Shown in pieces: positions 47,635 through 57,538 of a stretch of 64,000 nucleotides of DNA. The DNA comes from a bacterium (lineage in GTDB: Bacteria > Patescibacteriota > Minisyncoccia > Phycocordibacterales > UBA918), in assembly GCA_043719295.1 (NCBI GenBank), contig JAYSUD010000012.1, forward strand, positions 26,790 to 90,789, written 5' to 3'. Numbering within the stretch: position 1 is the stretch's first letter; the number at the start of each line of letters is the position of its first letter. Below the pieces are notes generated by a model. It was not told where the DNA came from. It saw nothing but the letters and a program-made list of their open reading frames with translations, and did no database searches. The position numbers and the translations under genes were made by a program.

Positions 47635-48184
47635 TATGGAGCATTCATCCCCAACTCACCACGAAGTTCACGTACACAACTCGAGTAAAGTGACAGTCTG
47701 GTCATACTGGCCGATTGCTGGCATCTATCTTTTGTCTTTACTATTCGCACTCTACACGATTCAATTTCATGTATACCCTGACTATATGTCGCACCTCATG
47801 GGATTTGTTTTGGTATTGTTTGGGATTATCAAAATATCAGATATCGCAGGTTTTGCAAAAGGATTTGCTCTGTATGATCCACTTGCTAAGCGAAGTGATA
47901 CGTACGCGCAAGTGTATCCATTTCTCGAAATCGCCCTAGGCATACTATTTATCTTACAGCTTCTTATTATACCCGCCACACTCATCACTCTCTTTATATA
48001 CAGCGCGAGCTTATATGGAGCACTCCAGTCACTTCGTAAAAAGGAGGCTCTCCATTGCGTCTGTCTAGGTACATATTTTAAACTCCCGCTCTCTACGGTA
48101 ACCATTCTCGAAGCTGGCTTTATGATTGCAATGTGTGCGTGGATGCTCTTAATGATTAACACGATGGCTGGAATGGCCATGTAA
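47552..48184 (+). CDS. DoxX/MauE-like 4-TM membrane protein (start probably at 47636)
   Basis: The Met at 47636 follows the csoR stop. There are four hydrophobic helices and an HCVCLG Cys pair. Confidence 0.45.
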   Translation: MLLTKLKQVKLPKQLQKFCRFTNLNENSMEHSSPTHHEVHVHNSSKVTVWSYWPIAGIYLLSLLFALYTIQFHVYPDYMSHLMGFVLVLFGIIKISDIAGFAKGFALYDPLAKRSDTYAQVYPFLEIALGILFILQLLIIPATLITLFIYSASLYGALQSLRKKEALHCVCLGTYFKLPLSTVTILEAGFMIAMCAWMLLMINTMAGMAM

Positions 48185-48196
48185 TAAAAAATATTT

Positions 48197-48859
48197 ATGA
48201 AAAATCAATCAATTATCACAATTTGTTTTCTCGCTGTGGGGATTGGATTAGCTATCGGCTACGCTCTATGGGGAGGAGCTGATGGAAAGTATACATTCTC
48301 AAGCCGAACCGATACAACAAGCGTCCCTGCAGGAATGCACAAAATGCCCGATGGCTCAATGATGGATAATGGAAATACCCAAAGTGAAATGGGTATGATG
48401 AATGGAATGGATCACAGTATAATGATGGTTAAAAGTGAGCGTGAGTTTTTAGATGGTATGATCCCCCACCACCAAGAAGCGGTAGACACAGCAAAAGAAG
48501 TAATCGAACGAGGGGGTTCAACTCCAGAAATTAAAAAGTTGGCACAAGATATTGTCGTAGCACAAGAGAAAGAAATTGGCATGATGAAAGAGTGGTATCA
48601 ACGTTGGTATGGTGAAGTGTATGTAACTAACGCTAAAGTCTACAAGCCAATGATGCGCGAACTGTCATCACTTAGCGGGGCTTCACTTGATACAATATTT
48701 TTAGAAGATATGGTTATGCACCACATGGGAGCGATTATGATGGCGCAAAGCGTTCAACCGTATGTAAAACACCAAGAAATAACTGACCTAACCAAAGCAA
48801 TCGTTGAAACTCAAATGGAAGAGATGCAACTAATGCGTCGTATAATTAATGATCTGTAA
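48197..48859 (+). CDS. DUF305-family protein (copper-resistance-associated)
   Basis: EREFLDGMIPHHQEAVDTAK and a second MVMHHMGAIMMAQ repeat are characteristic of DUF305. There is an N-terminal TM anchor and a Met-rich linker. Confidence 0.7.
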   Translation: MKNQSIITICFLAVGIGLAIGYALWGGADGKYTFSSRTDTTSVPAGMHKMPDGSMMDNGNTQSEMGMMNGMDHSIMMVKSEREFLDGMIPHHQEAVDTAKEVIERGGSTPEIKKLAQDIVVAQEKEIGMMKEWYQRWYGEVYVTNAKVYKPMMRELSSLSGASLDTIFLEDMVMHHMGAIMMAQSVQPYVKHQEITDLTKAIVETQMEEMQLMRRIINDL

Positions 48860-49098
48860 TGGTAGGAGTAAGGAACGACATACACACTTTTACCAAAGAA
48901 CACTGAGCTGAAGCCAAATGATCCAAAATTTCTAAACTGAATCCAGTCGACGGATGGTCGTGCCGAGAGTAAAAAGACACCTTTGGGAGTTTTTCTAAAT
49001 ACGCTTTTAAACTTACCTTTGACACTTTTACTATTCCCTAACTTGACAAGTTATTGATTATGTAGCATTTTAGTGGATGGGAAACACGGGAGGTTCCA

Positions 49099-49770
49099 AT
49101 GACGAATAATGATGAATCGGTACAGTACCGTGATACAGTTTTTTGGCAAGAAATATTGGCCCACAAAAAGTACCTTATGGCAGAAGCTGTGACACTCACA
49201 CACGATGTTGATACAGCTAAGGATCTTGTACAGACCACGATGGTACATGCATTCAACCGAAAGAATGAGTTCTCGGTTGGAGCAAATGCAAGTGGATGGC
49301 TTTCGACAATCATGAGAAATCACTTTTACAGTGGTTGGAGAAAAATCCATTCAACAGCGGCCTACTTGCAATTCCAAAATATGCTGCAAGATACAGGTTG
49401 CAATACATTTATGGAGTACTACAACAAAGTCTGTCATGATTTTGAAATAGTTTTGTTCGCTCTAGCGGCTTTACCCTATCGTGAATGCTCTTCACTTATT
49501 ATGTGTCATTTTGGAGGTTATACTTATGAGGAAGTTGCCGAAGAAATGAGTCTGATAGTGGGTACTGCTAAAGCCTGTATCAACAGAGCAATCACTATTG
49601 TTGCTACTCAGATTTCAAACGGTGACATTGTTATCTGTGACATCAACCTGTGGATTAAGGAAAAAATTGTTTTCGCTCAGGGAGAAAAACAAATGCTTCT
49701 GGCTCAGTCGTACCAAGAGCTTTTGTCCTCATACAATGCAATTAGAACCCAGTCACTATCAATTGCATGA
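49099..49770 (+). CDS. ECF-type sigma-70 family RNA polymerase sigma factor with ~50-aa C-terminal extension
   Basis: Region 2 (DLVQTTMVHAF...WLSTIMRNHFYSGWRK) and region 4 HTH (LPYRECSSLIMCHFGGYTYEEVAEEMSLIVGTAKACINRA). Confidence 0.7.
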   Translation: MTNNDESVQYRDTVFWQEILAHKKYLMAEAVTLTHDVDTAKDLVQTTMVHAFNRKNEFSVGANASGWLSTIMRNHFYSGWRKIHSTAAYLQFQNMLQDTGCNTFMEYYNKVCHDFEIVLFALAALPYRECSSLIMCHFGGYTYEEVAEEMSLIVGTAKACINRAITIVATQISNGDIVICDINLWIKEKIVFAQGEKQMLLAQSYQELLSSYNAIRTQSLSIA

Positions 49771-49938
49771 AACTTGAAAAAAAGAAATGCCTATTTGAGA
49801 AGTAACGAGTTGACCAGGTAATCATTAGTCTTCAAGAAGGCAACTTGAACCAAGCATGTGCTTGGTTCTTTTTTATATTAGTGACGGTATAGCTTCAAAA
49901 AATAAAGTTGCTATTCATTTCCAAAAAAAATCCTTGGC

Positions 49939-51402
49939 TTAGCTTCCCTCTAAATACGTTTTTGCGAGAGATTCGTATGAAGCTTTTTTATCTGGGTCCA
50001 TTTTCGCAAGAAGTCTTGGCATCATTGATAGACGGTGATTTTTTAAGAAAAAGATTTGATGGGTTGCAATAAAATTCCAATACAAAGCTGTCCAAACTTC
50101 TTCCCATTCCCCTTTAGGGTACGACGACATTTTTTTAATATAATTACTTCCTGAGATGTATGGTTTAGTAGCAAACAGTCCCCCATCGGCAAATTGACTC
50201 ATACCATATACATTGGGGACCATTACCCAGTCATATGCATCAACGTACATGGCCATAAACCATGTATACACTTCGTTTGGGTCAATTTGTGAAAGGAGCA
50301 TGACATTTCCAAGTACCATCAGTCGTTCAATATGGTGATTGTACCCATAGGCAAGAGCACTTTTAATTGCCGTATCAACAGGAAGTAATCCTGTCTTTCC
50401 TGTCCAAAACTTTTTTGGTAAAGGTTTTGTATGATTCCAAAAATTCTTCGTGCGCATTGTATTCCCATCACACTCGTAAGAAGCTCTAATGAACTCGCGC
50501 CATCCAAGAATCTGTCGAATAAAACCTTCAAGAGAATTAAACGGAATTTTATGAAGCTTGGCATATGCAATTGTTTCATCAATAACATACTGTGGGGTAA
50601 GTAAGCCAATATTGAGTAACGGCGAAAGTGCTGAATGGAATAAGAGCGTGTGTGACGTTGAGAGTGCATCCTCATAGGTTCCGAAATTTTGAAATCGCTC
50701 GGTAAGAAAGGTTTTAAACCAAACTACAGATGCTTCGTGTGTATAGGGTAACCACTGTGTTACTTCACCATACATTTCTCCAGAAAGTGTACTAAGCCAT
50801 TTTTTTGCATCACGTACTTCATCATTCTCAAGTGAACAAGGGTCCGATGGCAGGACAATATCTTTTGGTAACTTTTGTCGATTTTCAGCATCAAAACTCC
50901 ACTGTCCTCCTATGGGTTCTTTAGTTTTCGTGACTAAAATATTTTTATCAACCCGAAGTTTTTGATAGAACTTGGTGAGATATTTTTTTGAAGCTTTGTA
51001 GCGTTCAACAGATTCTGCTTTAGGTAAAAGAAAAAGTCCCGACTCGTACCAATGCATAGTGATGCCCTCCTTTGCACAGTTTTCTTGTATACGTTTATAA
51101 AGCCAATAATCGGTAACATCAGCTATGTGCACTGACGTTATTTTGTTTTTAGTAAGTTGTTTAAAAACACCTGCGGTTGATGTAACTTTAGTAACTTCTA
51201 GATACGTCACGTTGTATCCAGCTTTTTTGAGGCTTTTACAATACGCCTGCATTGAGAGCCTGTGGAGCAGCAACTTTTGTCGATGCATAGGAAATTCAAC
51301 AAAAAACAAAGGTTCTTCTACGAGATAGACAGGACGATCTGTAGTAAGCGCTTGGTGTGCAGTATACAGTTGATGCGGATAGATAAGGGTAGCTTCTTTC
51401 AT
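49939..51402 (-). CDS. Cryptochrome/photolyase-family protein, DPRP (deoxyribodipyrimidine photolyase-related) type
   Basis: N-terminal alpha/beta domain (IYPHQLY...PVYLVEE), then a C-terminal FAD-binding-like helical region. 487 aa. Confidence 0.65.
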   Translation of the reverse strand: MKEATLIYPHQLYTAHQALTTDRPVYLVEEPLFFVEFPMHRQKLLLHRLSMQAYCKSLKKAGYNVTYLEVTKVTSTAGVFKQLTKNKITSVHIADVTDYWLYKRIQENCAKEGITMHWYESGLFLLPKAESVERYKASKKYLTKFYQKLRVDKNILVTKTKEPIGGQWSFDAENRQKLPKDIVLPSDPCSLENDEVRDAKKWLSTLSGEMYGEVTQWLPYTHEASVVWFKTFLTERFQNFGTYEDALSTSHTLLFHSALSPLLNIGLLTPQYVIDETIAYAKLHKIPFNSLEGFIRQILGWREFIRASYECDGNTMRTKNFWNHTKPLPKKFWTGKTGLLPVDTAIKSALAYGYNHHIERLMVLGNVMLLSQIDPNEVYTWFMAMYVDAYDWVMVPNVYGMSQFADGGLFATKPYISGSNYIKKMSSYPKGEWEEVWTALYWNFIATHQIFFLKNHRLSMMPRLLAKMDPDKKASYESLAKTYLEGS

Positions 51403-51471
51403 GTGCTTGAGTATACTATTATTTCATGAAGATAAAAGAATCCAAAATATGTCCTTTCTGCAAGCGTTCGT

Positions 51472-52644
51472 TTGATAATCGTAAGCGATGGTCATCGCGA
51501 GGTATTTGGAGCGAAATTGTCTACTGTTCTGACCGTTGTCGAAAAAAAACTACTCATGAATCCTAATTTGTCGTACGAAGAAATCATAAAGCTTGTCGAC
51601 GCATTTGACGTGCGTTCCTATGCAAAGACACGTAACCACCTTGAAGGTACCGTTTCTTTCCTGTCGCCATACGTTACCCATGGAGTGATTGATCTACCAA
51701 CTATCAGAAACCATGTTCTTCAAAAATATTCCCCAAAAGAGGCAGAGAAGTTTATTCAAGAGCTCGCTTGGCGTGAATATTTCCAAAAAGTTTGGTATGC
51801 AAAAAAAGATGCAATTTTTTCTGACCTTCGATTTCCACGTACCCATTGGGAACACCAGGAACTAGTAACATCAATTGTTGAAGCACAAACAGGTATAGAA
51901 TCCATTGATGCCGAATTAGCCACACTCTATCAAACTGGCTATATGCACAATCATGCGCGTATGTGGACTGCCATGCTTGCGTGTAATGTTGCTAAAGCTC
52001 ACTGGTACAATATGGGACGTTTTCTCTATTATCACTTGCTTGATGGTGACCTCGCCTCTAACTTTCTTTCCTGGCAGTGGGTTTCGGGAACAAGCGCAAG
52101 CAAAGAGTACGTAGCAAATCAAAGTCTTATAAATGGTTGTTCAAAAGAACAACAGCGCGACACGTACCTTTCTATTCCAATTGAACAAATTGGTATTGGG
52201 GTAATTCCGTCTGTACTTACTCCGTACTCACCGTTTACTGCTACAACAAAATATCCAGAAAGTGATGTCATTTTGAATCTTAAGGGTGAAAAAGTATTTT
52301 TATACCATCCTTGGAGTATTGATCCGTTATGGCGAAAAAATGAACCTGGTGTCCGTATACTCGTAATTGAGCCAAAATGGTTTGACCGTTTCCCGGTCTC
52401 TCCAAAGGTTCTCGACTTTATTATTTCTCTTGCACACACACATATTCCTCATTGCAAAATCTTTGTAGGAAATGTTGAGATGCTTACAGATTTAGAACAT
52501 GCAACTGAAGTCTACAGTAAACGCTACCCTGCAACTCTCCATTGGCCAGGAACAATCGATTCCTCAACTGAACTGTTTCCATCTGTACAAGGATATTTCC
52601 CAAGCTTCTTCAAGTTCTGGCAAGAGTGCCTCAAGAAAAACTAG
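51472..52644 (+). CDS. Photolyase FAD-binding-domain protein with atypical order (FAD domain N-terminal, alpha/beta-like region C-terminal)
   Basis: ELAWREYFQ, TGYMHNHARMW and LLDGDLASNFLSWQWVSG are FAD_binding_7 signatures. They occur in the first 230 aa, which is unusual. Confidence 0.6.
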   Translation: MIIVSDGHREVFGAKLSTVLTVVEKKLLMNPNLSYEEIIKLVDAFDVRSYAKTRNHLEGTVSFLSPYVTHGVIDLPTIRNHVLQKYSPKEAEKFIQELAWREYFQKVWYAKKDAIFSDLRFPRTHWEHQELVTSIVEAQTGIESIDAELATLYQTGYMHNHARMWTAMLACNVAKAHWYNMGRFLYYHLLDGDLASNFLSWQWVSGTSASKEYVANQSLINGCSKEQQRDTYLSIPIEQIGIGVIPSVLTPYSPFTATTKYPESDVILNLKGEKVFLYHPWSIDPLWRKNEPGVRILVIEPKWFDRFPVSPKVLDFIISLAHTHIPHCKIFVGNVEMLTDLEHATEVYSKRYPATLHWPGTIDSSTELFPSVQGYFPSFFKFWQECLKKN

Positions 52645-52877
52645 TATTTCACACGTGCAGACGAGAGAATTTTAAGAGATTCATGTTTCCCTTCTCTTCC
52701 GTGCACTCTTTTTCGCCAACGAATAAATGTCTTTTCTGTTTGATGTGCACGCATGAGTTTTTTTACTTCACCTTCATTTAAACCATACTCACGCATAATA
52801 ACTTCAAAAGGAATGGTGTCTGCCCACGCCATCAAAATAATCTGTTCGATATCAATTAAACTGAGTTCTTTTTTCAT
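52641..52877 (-). CDS. Small DUF2805/TIGR03643-like protein (family commonly adjacent to photolyase genes)
   Basis: 78 aa, LIDIEQIILMAWADTIPFEVIMREYGLNEGEVKKLMR. The family assignment is from memory of the photolyase-neighbour family and is unverified. Confidence 0.4.
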   Translation of the reverse strand: MKKELSLIDIEQIILMAWADTIPFEVIMREYGLNEGEVKKLMRAHQTEKTFIRWRKRVHGREGKHESLKILSSARVKY

Positions 52878-52956
52878 ACACTATTTCGGATAGATTGGAT
52901 ATGTATAGAGTATATATCGTAGTGCTACTAAGTGGAAAGCAAAAAATTTAAAAAAG

Positions 52957-53748
52957 TTAGTATTCACCAAAGGGATAAAAGTGTGTATCTTTATTTGTTA
53001 TTTTTCCTTGAGTTAAAAGTTGTGCCATTATCAGTGGATGTTTGAAAATCCACAAATAACCATATTTTTGGTATCTACGTGTAGATACTTTAATGGGGAC
53101 GCTGAAGATTTTGGACTTTCCTTTCTTTGAAGCACGTTTTGAATAATCTACATCTTCACTGATACGGAGACTTTCATCAAAACCTCCAATGCCATTAAAG
53201 ACTTTTTTTGTTGTGAGCATATAGGCACCACCAAAGTAATACCTCCTGGCTTGAGCAAGTATTTTTTGTACAGCATACGCAACACGGTGTAAGAGTATGG
53301 AGCGTATTGTTTTTTCAAGTGGAACAATTTTTGAAGTAGCTACAGCATATTCATTTTTAAAAAACTCAGAAACTATATACTCATGCTCTAAAGCAGAGGG
53401 TGCGATGATATCGGCATCGCAAAATAATAAAATTTCATTTGTGGCGTAAGTCACTCCTATATTTCTTTGTAAACCAATTCCCTTTTTCTGTACTGAGATA
53501 AACTGTAGTCTTGTGTCTCCTGAAAAAAGTTGTTTTGCTCTTTCTACAGCTTTTGCAGTACCATCAGTTGATCCGCCATCAACAACAATAATTTCAAGTG
53601 GGGAGTTAATTTTACTTAGCGACTTAAGGAGTATCGGCAAATACCTCTCTTCGTTTAGAGTTGGAATAATAACACTTACCGATGGTATCTTTTTCATCAA
53701 GCTTAATGGTACCTCACAGAGACACTTTGTATACCAAAACTGACACAA
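52957..53748 (-). CDS. Family 2 glycosyltransferase
   Basis: VSVIIPTLNEERYLP and VVDGGSTDGT (DxD-type) motifs. The probable start is the Met at ~53697. Confidence 0.8.
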   Translation of the reverse strand: MCQFWYTKCLCEVPLSLMKKIPSVSVIIPTLNEERYLPILLKSLSKINSPLEIIVVDGGSTDGTAKAVERAKQLFSGDTRLQFISVQKKGIGLQRNIGVTYATNEILLFCDADIIAPSALEHEYIVSEFFKNEYAVATSKIVPLEKTIRSILLHRVAYAVQKILAQARRYYFGGAYMLTTKKVFNGIGGFDESLRISEDVDYSKRASKKGKSKIFSVPIKVSTRRYQKYGYLWIFKHPLIMAQLLTQGKITNKDTHFYPFGEY

Positions 53749-53781
53749 TCTGTACGTCCCTCTCTGATATACTTCTCCACT

Positions 53782-54780
53782 ATGAAATCAAAAACATTTG
53801 GACACTATTTTTTATGGCCGACTATAACTGCACTTATTCTCTTTTTTGCTGTCTGGTATCAAGCTGGTGTATCTGCATTTTTTTTAGTTATTATCCTTTC
53901 AATTCTTGAAGTAACTTTGTCATTTGACAATGCTGTAGTAAACGCACGTATTTTAAAAAAGATGACTCCCCTATGGCAACAGCGTTTCCTTACCTGGGGT
54001 ATTTTACTCGCTGTTTTTGGAACAAGGTTTCTACTTCCAATTATTATTGTCAGTGTCGCAGTACTTGCCTCACCCATGTACATCACTAAACTTGCATTTT
54101 CTGATCCACTGGCATACAGCCACCTACTTGAGGGTGTACACGGTTCAATTACCGCTTTTGGAGGAATGTTTCTCTTAATGGTTTCACTAAAATATTTTTT
54201 TGATAAAGGAAAAGATTTCCACTGGATACAAAGTATTGAACGGCACTTAGTTAAGTGGGGGCATATTGAGGCAATTGAAATAGCACTGGCACTACTTTTA
54301 CTTATTCTCGTTTCCTTTATGACCACCTATGCACAAGCGGAAATTTTAGTTGCAGGTCTTATTGGGCTTCTTCTCTTTATCATCATGGAGGGGGTTGCCG
54401 GATCACTCTCTATTGAGTCAGAACAGATTACAGGTGCGGGACTTACATTGTTCATTTACCTCAATATCCTTGATTCTGCATTTTCACTTGATGGTGTTAT
54501 CGGTGCATTTGCACTGACAACCAACCTCCTTATCATTATGGTTGGTTTAGGTATTGGTGCCTATTTTGTGCGTTCGATGACCATCTATTTTGTGCGAGAA
54601 AATACACTTGCTGAACTTGTATACCTTGAACATGGTGCTCATTGGGCAATTTTTGGACTGTCTATTGCTATGCTCCTGAATCTTGTGGTGCATATACCTG
54701 AAACGATTACAGGCCTAATAGGGTTAGTATTTGTGCTCTTTGCGTACGTTTCGTCACGTCGTGCACGACATAAAAACTAA
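53782..54780 (+). CDS. TerC/DUF475-like integral membrane protein
   Basis: EVTLSFDNAVVNA resembles the E.sLS.DN motif of the TerC family. It has about 8 TM helices. Confidence 0.5.
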   Translation: MKSKTFGHYFLWPTITALILFFAVWYQAGVSAFFLVIILSILEVTLSFDNAVVNARILKKMTPLWQQRFLTWGILLAVFGTRFLLPIIIVSVAVLASPMYITKLAFSDPLAYSHLLEGVHGSITAFGGMFLLMVSLKYFFDKGKDFHWIQSIERHLVKWGHIEAIEIALALLLLILVSFMTTYAQAEILVAGLIGLLLFIIMEGVAGSLSIESEQITGAGLTLFIYLNILDSAFSLDGVIGAFALTTNLLIIMVGLGIGAYFVRSMTIYFVRENTLAELVYLEHGAHWAIFGLSIAMLLNLVVHIPETITGLIGLVFVLFAYVSSRRARHKN

Positions 54781-54822
54781 TCACCCCTACTCAAATACAC
54801 ACTTCAGTGATATGCTTTTTTT

Positions 54823-55437
54823 ATGAAATACGTAAAAATGACATACATTGTCCCATTGCTGCTTGGACTCATTATCGGCTCACTTGCAACTTTTTCAGCT
54901 AGCACGCTTTCTGTACCCACCGATGAAGACCGAATTGCTGAATTCTATAAGACTGAAACTGCAGTGCATGTGAGCCCGCACTCACTTCGTAAGCATATGG
55001 CTAAAGGAGAAATGGACGAATTTATACTTGTTGATCTTCGAAGTAGTGAGGAGTATGAAAAAGAACACATCATTTCTGCCATCAATATTCCTACATACTC
55101 TGACGCAAACACTTCAGCATATGGAGACGTTGAGCGAATCGTTGAAGCTTTTGAAGTGCTCATAAGAGAGAACCCGTCAAAAGATATTATCGTCTATTGT
55201 TACAGTACTCCTTGCATGACGGGACGTAAGATTGGAAATCTACTTGTTGAACATGACATTTACGTACAGCATCTCGGCATCGGATGGAATGAATGGCGGT
55301 ATGACTGGAACATGTGGAATCATGATGGTGAACTACCAAGTGTGGTTGAAGATTATGTCTTTAGTGGAAAGGAACCAGGTGTACCAAAGAAACAAGAACT
55401 CATCTCTCCTTGTAGTGAAGGAAGTTTGAGTTGCTAA
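54823..55437 (+). CDS. Rhodanese-domain protein with N-terminal signal/anchor
   Basis: FILVDLRSSEEYEKEHIISAINIP and active-site loop YCYSTPCMTGRKIG. Confidence 0.75.
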   Translation: MKYVKMTYIVPLLLGLIIGSLATFSASTLSVPTDEDRIAEFYKTETAVHVSPHSLRKHMAKGEMDEFILVDLRSSEEYEKEHIISAINIPTYSDANTSAYGDVERIVEAFEVLIRENPSKDIIVYCYSTPCMTGRKIGNLLVEHDIYVQHLGIGWNEWRYDWNMWNHDGELPSVVEDYVFSGKEPGVPKKQELISPCSEGSLSC

Positions 55438-55460
55438 ATTATACTTTTGTACTTTATACA

Positions 55461-55490
55461 AAAAATCCCCCAAGTCTTGGGGGATTTTTT
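55461..55490. terminator. Bidirectional intrinsic terminator (AAAAAATCCCCCAAGTCTTGGGGGATTTTTT)
   Basis: Seen directly between convergent genes. Confidence 0.75.
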
Positions 55491-55506
55491 ATGTATAGGT
55501 GTCTAC

Positions 55507-56649
55507 CTAATTTGTACATGAACCTTGTGTATATGAATCTACATTACCTTGTCCACATGCAGTACATCCATTACTAAACGTCTCAGGTATCGGGGGACAG
55601 GGGGCTTTAATACATTGCACGACAACTTGCCCACATACCGGTGCATACTCTTTTGTGCATGCTTGCATCTTTTTCTCTATAGGGGTACAGATGTGTTCTT
55701 TTGGATTTGTAGAGATGGTTGGGCATGGTGCAAAGGCACAACTTGGACCACTTCTCCCGACATAACTTCCATCAGGACACAATTTTGCATCCATCGTACA
55801 CATGACCATGTCATCACTAACTGGTGGCGTAGTATCAGTTGGAGATAGCGGCACTGGTAGTACTTCCTCATTCACCTCTTCTTCTTGCGGGTACAAAACC
55901 AAAGCTTCCATAATTTCAGTGAGTGTTCCCTCTTTAGTGAGATCAACATTTAGACGCACAGCAACATTTGAAAGGAGTGTATCTAATCCTCTATCAGTAA
56001 TTGCTTGTGCAGCACTATGGATAAGTTTGGAATCATCAGTTTTATGAACAAGCTTTCCGTCTTCAATTGTATAAAATCCGATACTTGCCTCTACCCCCTC
56101 AAAGTCAGTCACTGCTAAACCTTTAAAGGCCTTTAAAAACATTGATGGTTCAAATCCTTCAATGGGTACTCCTTGTGTGTTTTGTACTTCGGTTTTTAAG
56201 GTTGTTTTAAATGCGTACAACACAGAAAGAGGAATCTCCGTACTCACATCAAACGCAACCGGGTCAGCACTAAACGGAAGCAATCGACTTATAGCGTCTT
56301 TTGTCTCTACTATAGTTAAAGCTAGGGCAACAAGTACTGCACAAACCCATAGTGCCAAGATGAAAAATACTTGTCTTTTTGTTGCGTACTTTTTTTGAGT
56401 AAAAAGATGTGCCCCATACAGCACAAGTCCTACTAGTGGAAGTGCAATAGCAATAAAGATTGCATACATAACAACTATCCCTTCTGCGATCGAAAAGAGT
56501 ATTCTGAAGATATCGTACAAGGGTTGTAATCCTGGCCATTTTTCTGAGAAAAGTACTACCGTATAGAAAAAGAGTAAACCCGCAATGAGAAACGAACCTA
56601 TCGTCATAAGCACCAAACCAATACTTTTCTGTATATTCATATAATTCAT
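55507..56649 (-). CDS. Membrane protein with C-terminal Cys-rich extracellular domain (hypothetical)
   Basis: Four or five N-terminal TM helices. The C-terminal ~90 aa contain 14 Cys residues in a C..C / CP..P pattern. Confidence 0.45.
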   Translation of the reverse strand: MNYMNIQKSIGLVLMTIGSFLIAGLLFFYTVVLFSEKWPGLQPLYDIFRILFSIAEGIVVMYAIFIAIALPLVGLVLYGAHLFTQKKYATKRQVFFILALWVCAVLVALALTIVETKDAISRLLPFSADPVAFDVSTEIPLSVLYAFKTTLKTEVQNTQGVPIEGFEPSMFLKAFKGLAVTDFEGVEASIGFYTIEDGKLVHKTDDSKLIHSAAQAITDRGLDTLLSNVAVRLNVDLTKEGTLTEIMEALVLYPQEEEVNEEVLPVPLSPTDTTPPVSDDMVMCTMDAKLCPDGSYVGRSGPSCAFAPCPTISTNPKEHICTPIEKKMQACTKEYAPVCGQVVVQCIKAPCPPIPETFSNGCTACGQGNVDSYTQGSCTN

Positions 56650-56733
56650 ACTAATACACCTATTCTAGCTTGAATTTGCGGAAGATGTAATAGGAACAGA
56701 AAGCTCACAAGCCCTTACTTTATTTCAGAGATT

Positions 56734-57165
56734 CTACTCAATATCTGACTGTACTTGTAATAACATCGCTTTTGCCCTGTCGTGCGACAGACGTTCAGAA
56801 GCCTCTCTAAAAGTAAACCACCCTGCTTCTTTAACTTCTTCTTCTTGAATGACAAAGTTCGCGTCAGTAATTATCCCAATATAGTAAAGAACTTTTTTAT
56901 GAATTATTGTCCCTTCATAGGGAAATGTATATTCTTGGGTATACACAACGTCAGTTTTAAGTTCTTTTGGTACCAAACCTGTTTCTTCAAATAATTCCCG
57001 CAAAGCCCCCTCTTCTTGTGTCTCCCCTACTTCAGGATGACCCTTAGGGAAGGTCCAATATATATCGTTAGCAAGACCGTGTTGATGAATTAGAAAAACT
57101 TTCCATTGAACTTGGTCTTTTAAAAGCGGAATGACTCCGAAAGAAATATCCTCTTTGTGTTCCAT
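56734..57165 (-). CDS. Nudix hydrolase
   Basis: Nudix box GHPEVGETQEEGALRELFEETGL. Confidence 0.8.
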   Translation of the reverse strand: MEHKEDISFGVIPLLKDQVQWKVFLIHQHGLANDIYWTFPKGHPEVGETQEEGALRELFEETGLVPKELKTDVVYTQEYTFPYEGTIIHKKVLYYIGIITDANFVIQEEEVKEAGWFTFREASERLSHDRAKAMLLQVQSDIE

Positions 57166-57232
57166 TAGTATGCAGTATACAGGTTAGAATAGTTTAGACT
57201 ATAGGACTCACATAAACGGCACACTTCTTCCA

Positions 57233-57314
57233 TACAGGAACTGTTCAGGTTGTAAGATATTTCTACAAAATATCGACAACCTTTTAAACAATGACACTGC
57301 GTCATTGTTTAACG
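57233..57314. repeat. Hairpin repeat family A, copy 1 (ACAGGAACTGTTCAGGTTGTAAGATATTT-loop-AAAATATCGACAACCT plus a TTAAACAATGAC/GTCATTGTTTAA hairpin)
   Basis: Seen directly. It has 14-16-bp inverted arms, AGGTTGT(a/c)(a/g)GATATTT / AAATATC(g/a)ACAACCT. Confidence 0.55.
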
Positions 57315-57452
57315 TTGTGCTACACAAAAATACTCCTCCTTACAGGAGCTGTACACCTTTCGCATAGACATGCTCAAGGTCTTGCGAAACTCCAAGTATT
57401 CGTTTCTCACACCGTACTATGCGTACGACTCGTCCTATTTTGTTTGCCTTTC

Positions 57453-57538
57453 TTACAGGAACTGTTCAGGTTGTATGATATTTTTCCAAAAAATCGACAA
57501 CCTCTTGAACAGTGACATCAAGTCACCGTTCAACCTTG
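57453..57538. repeat. Hairpin repeat family A, copy 2
   Basis: ttacaggaactgttcaggttgtatgatatttttccaaaaaatcgacaacctcttgaacagtgacatcaagtcaccgttcaaccttg. Confidence 0.55.
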
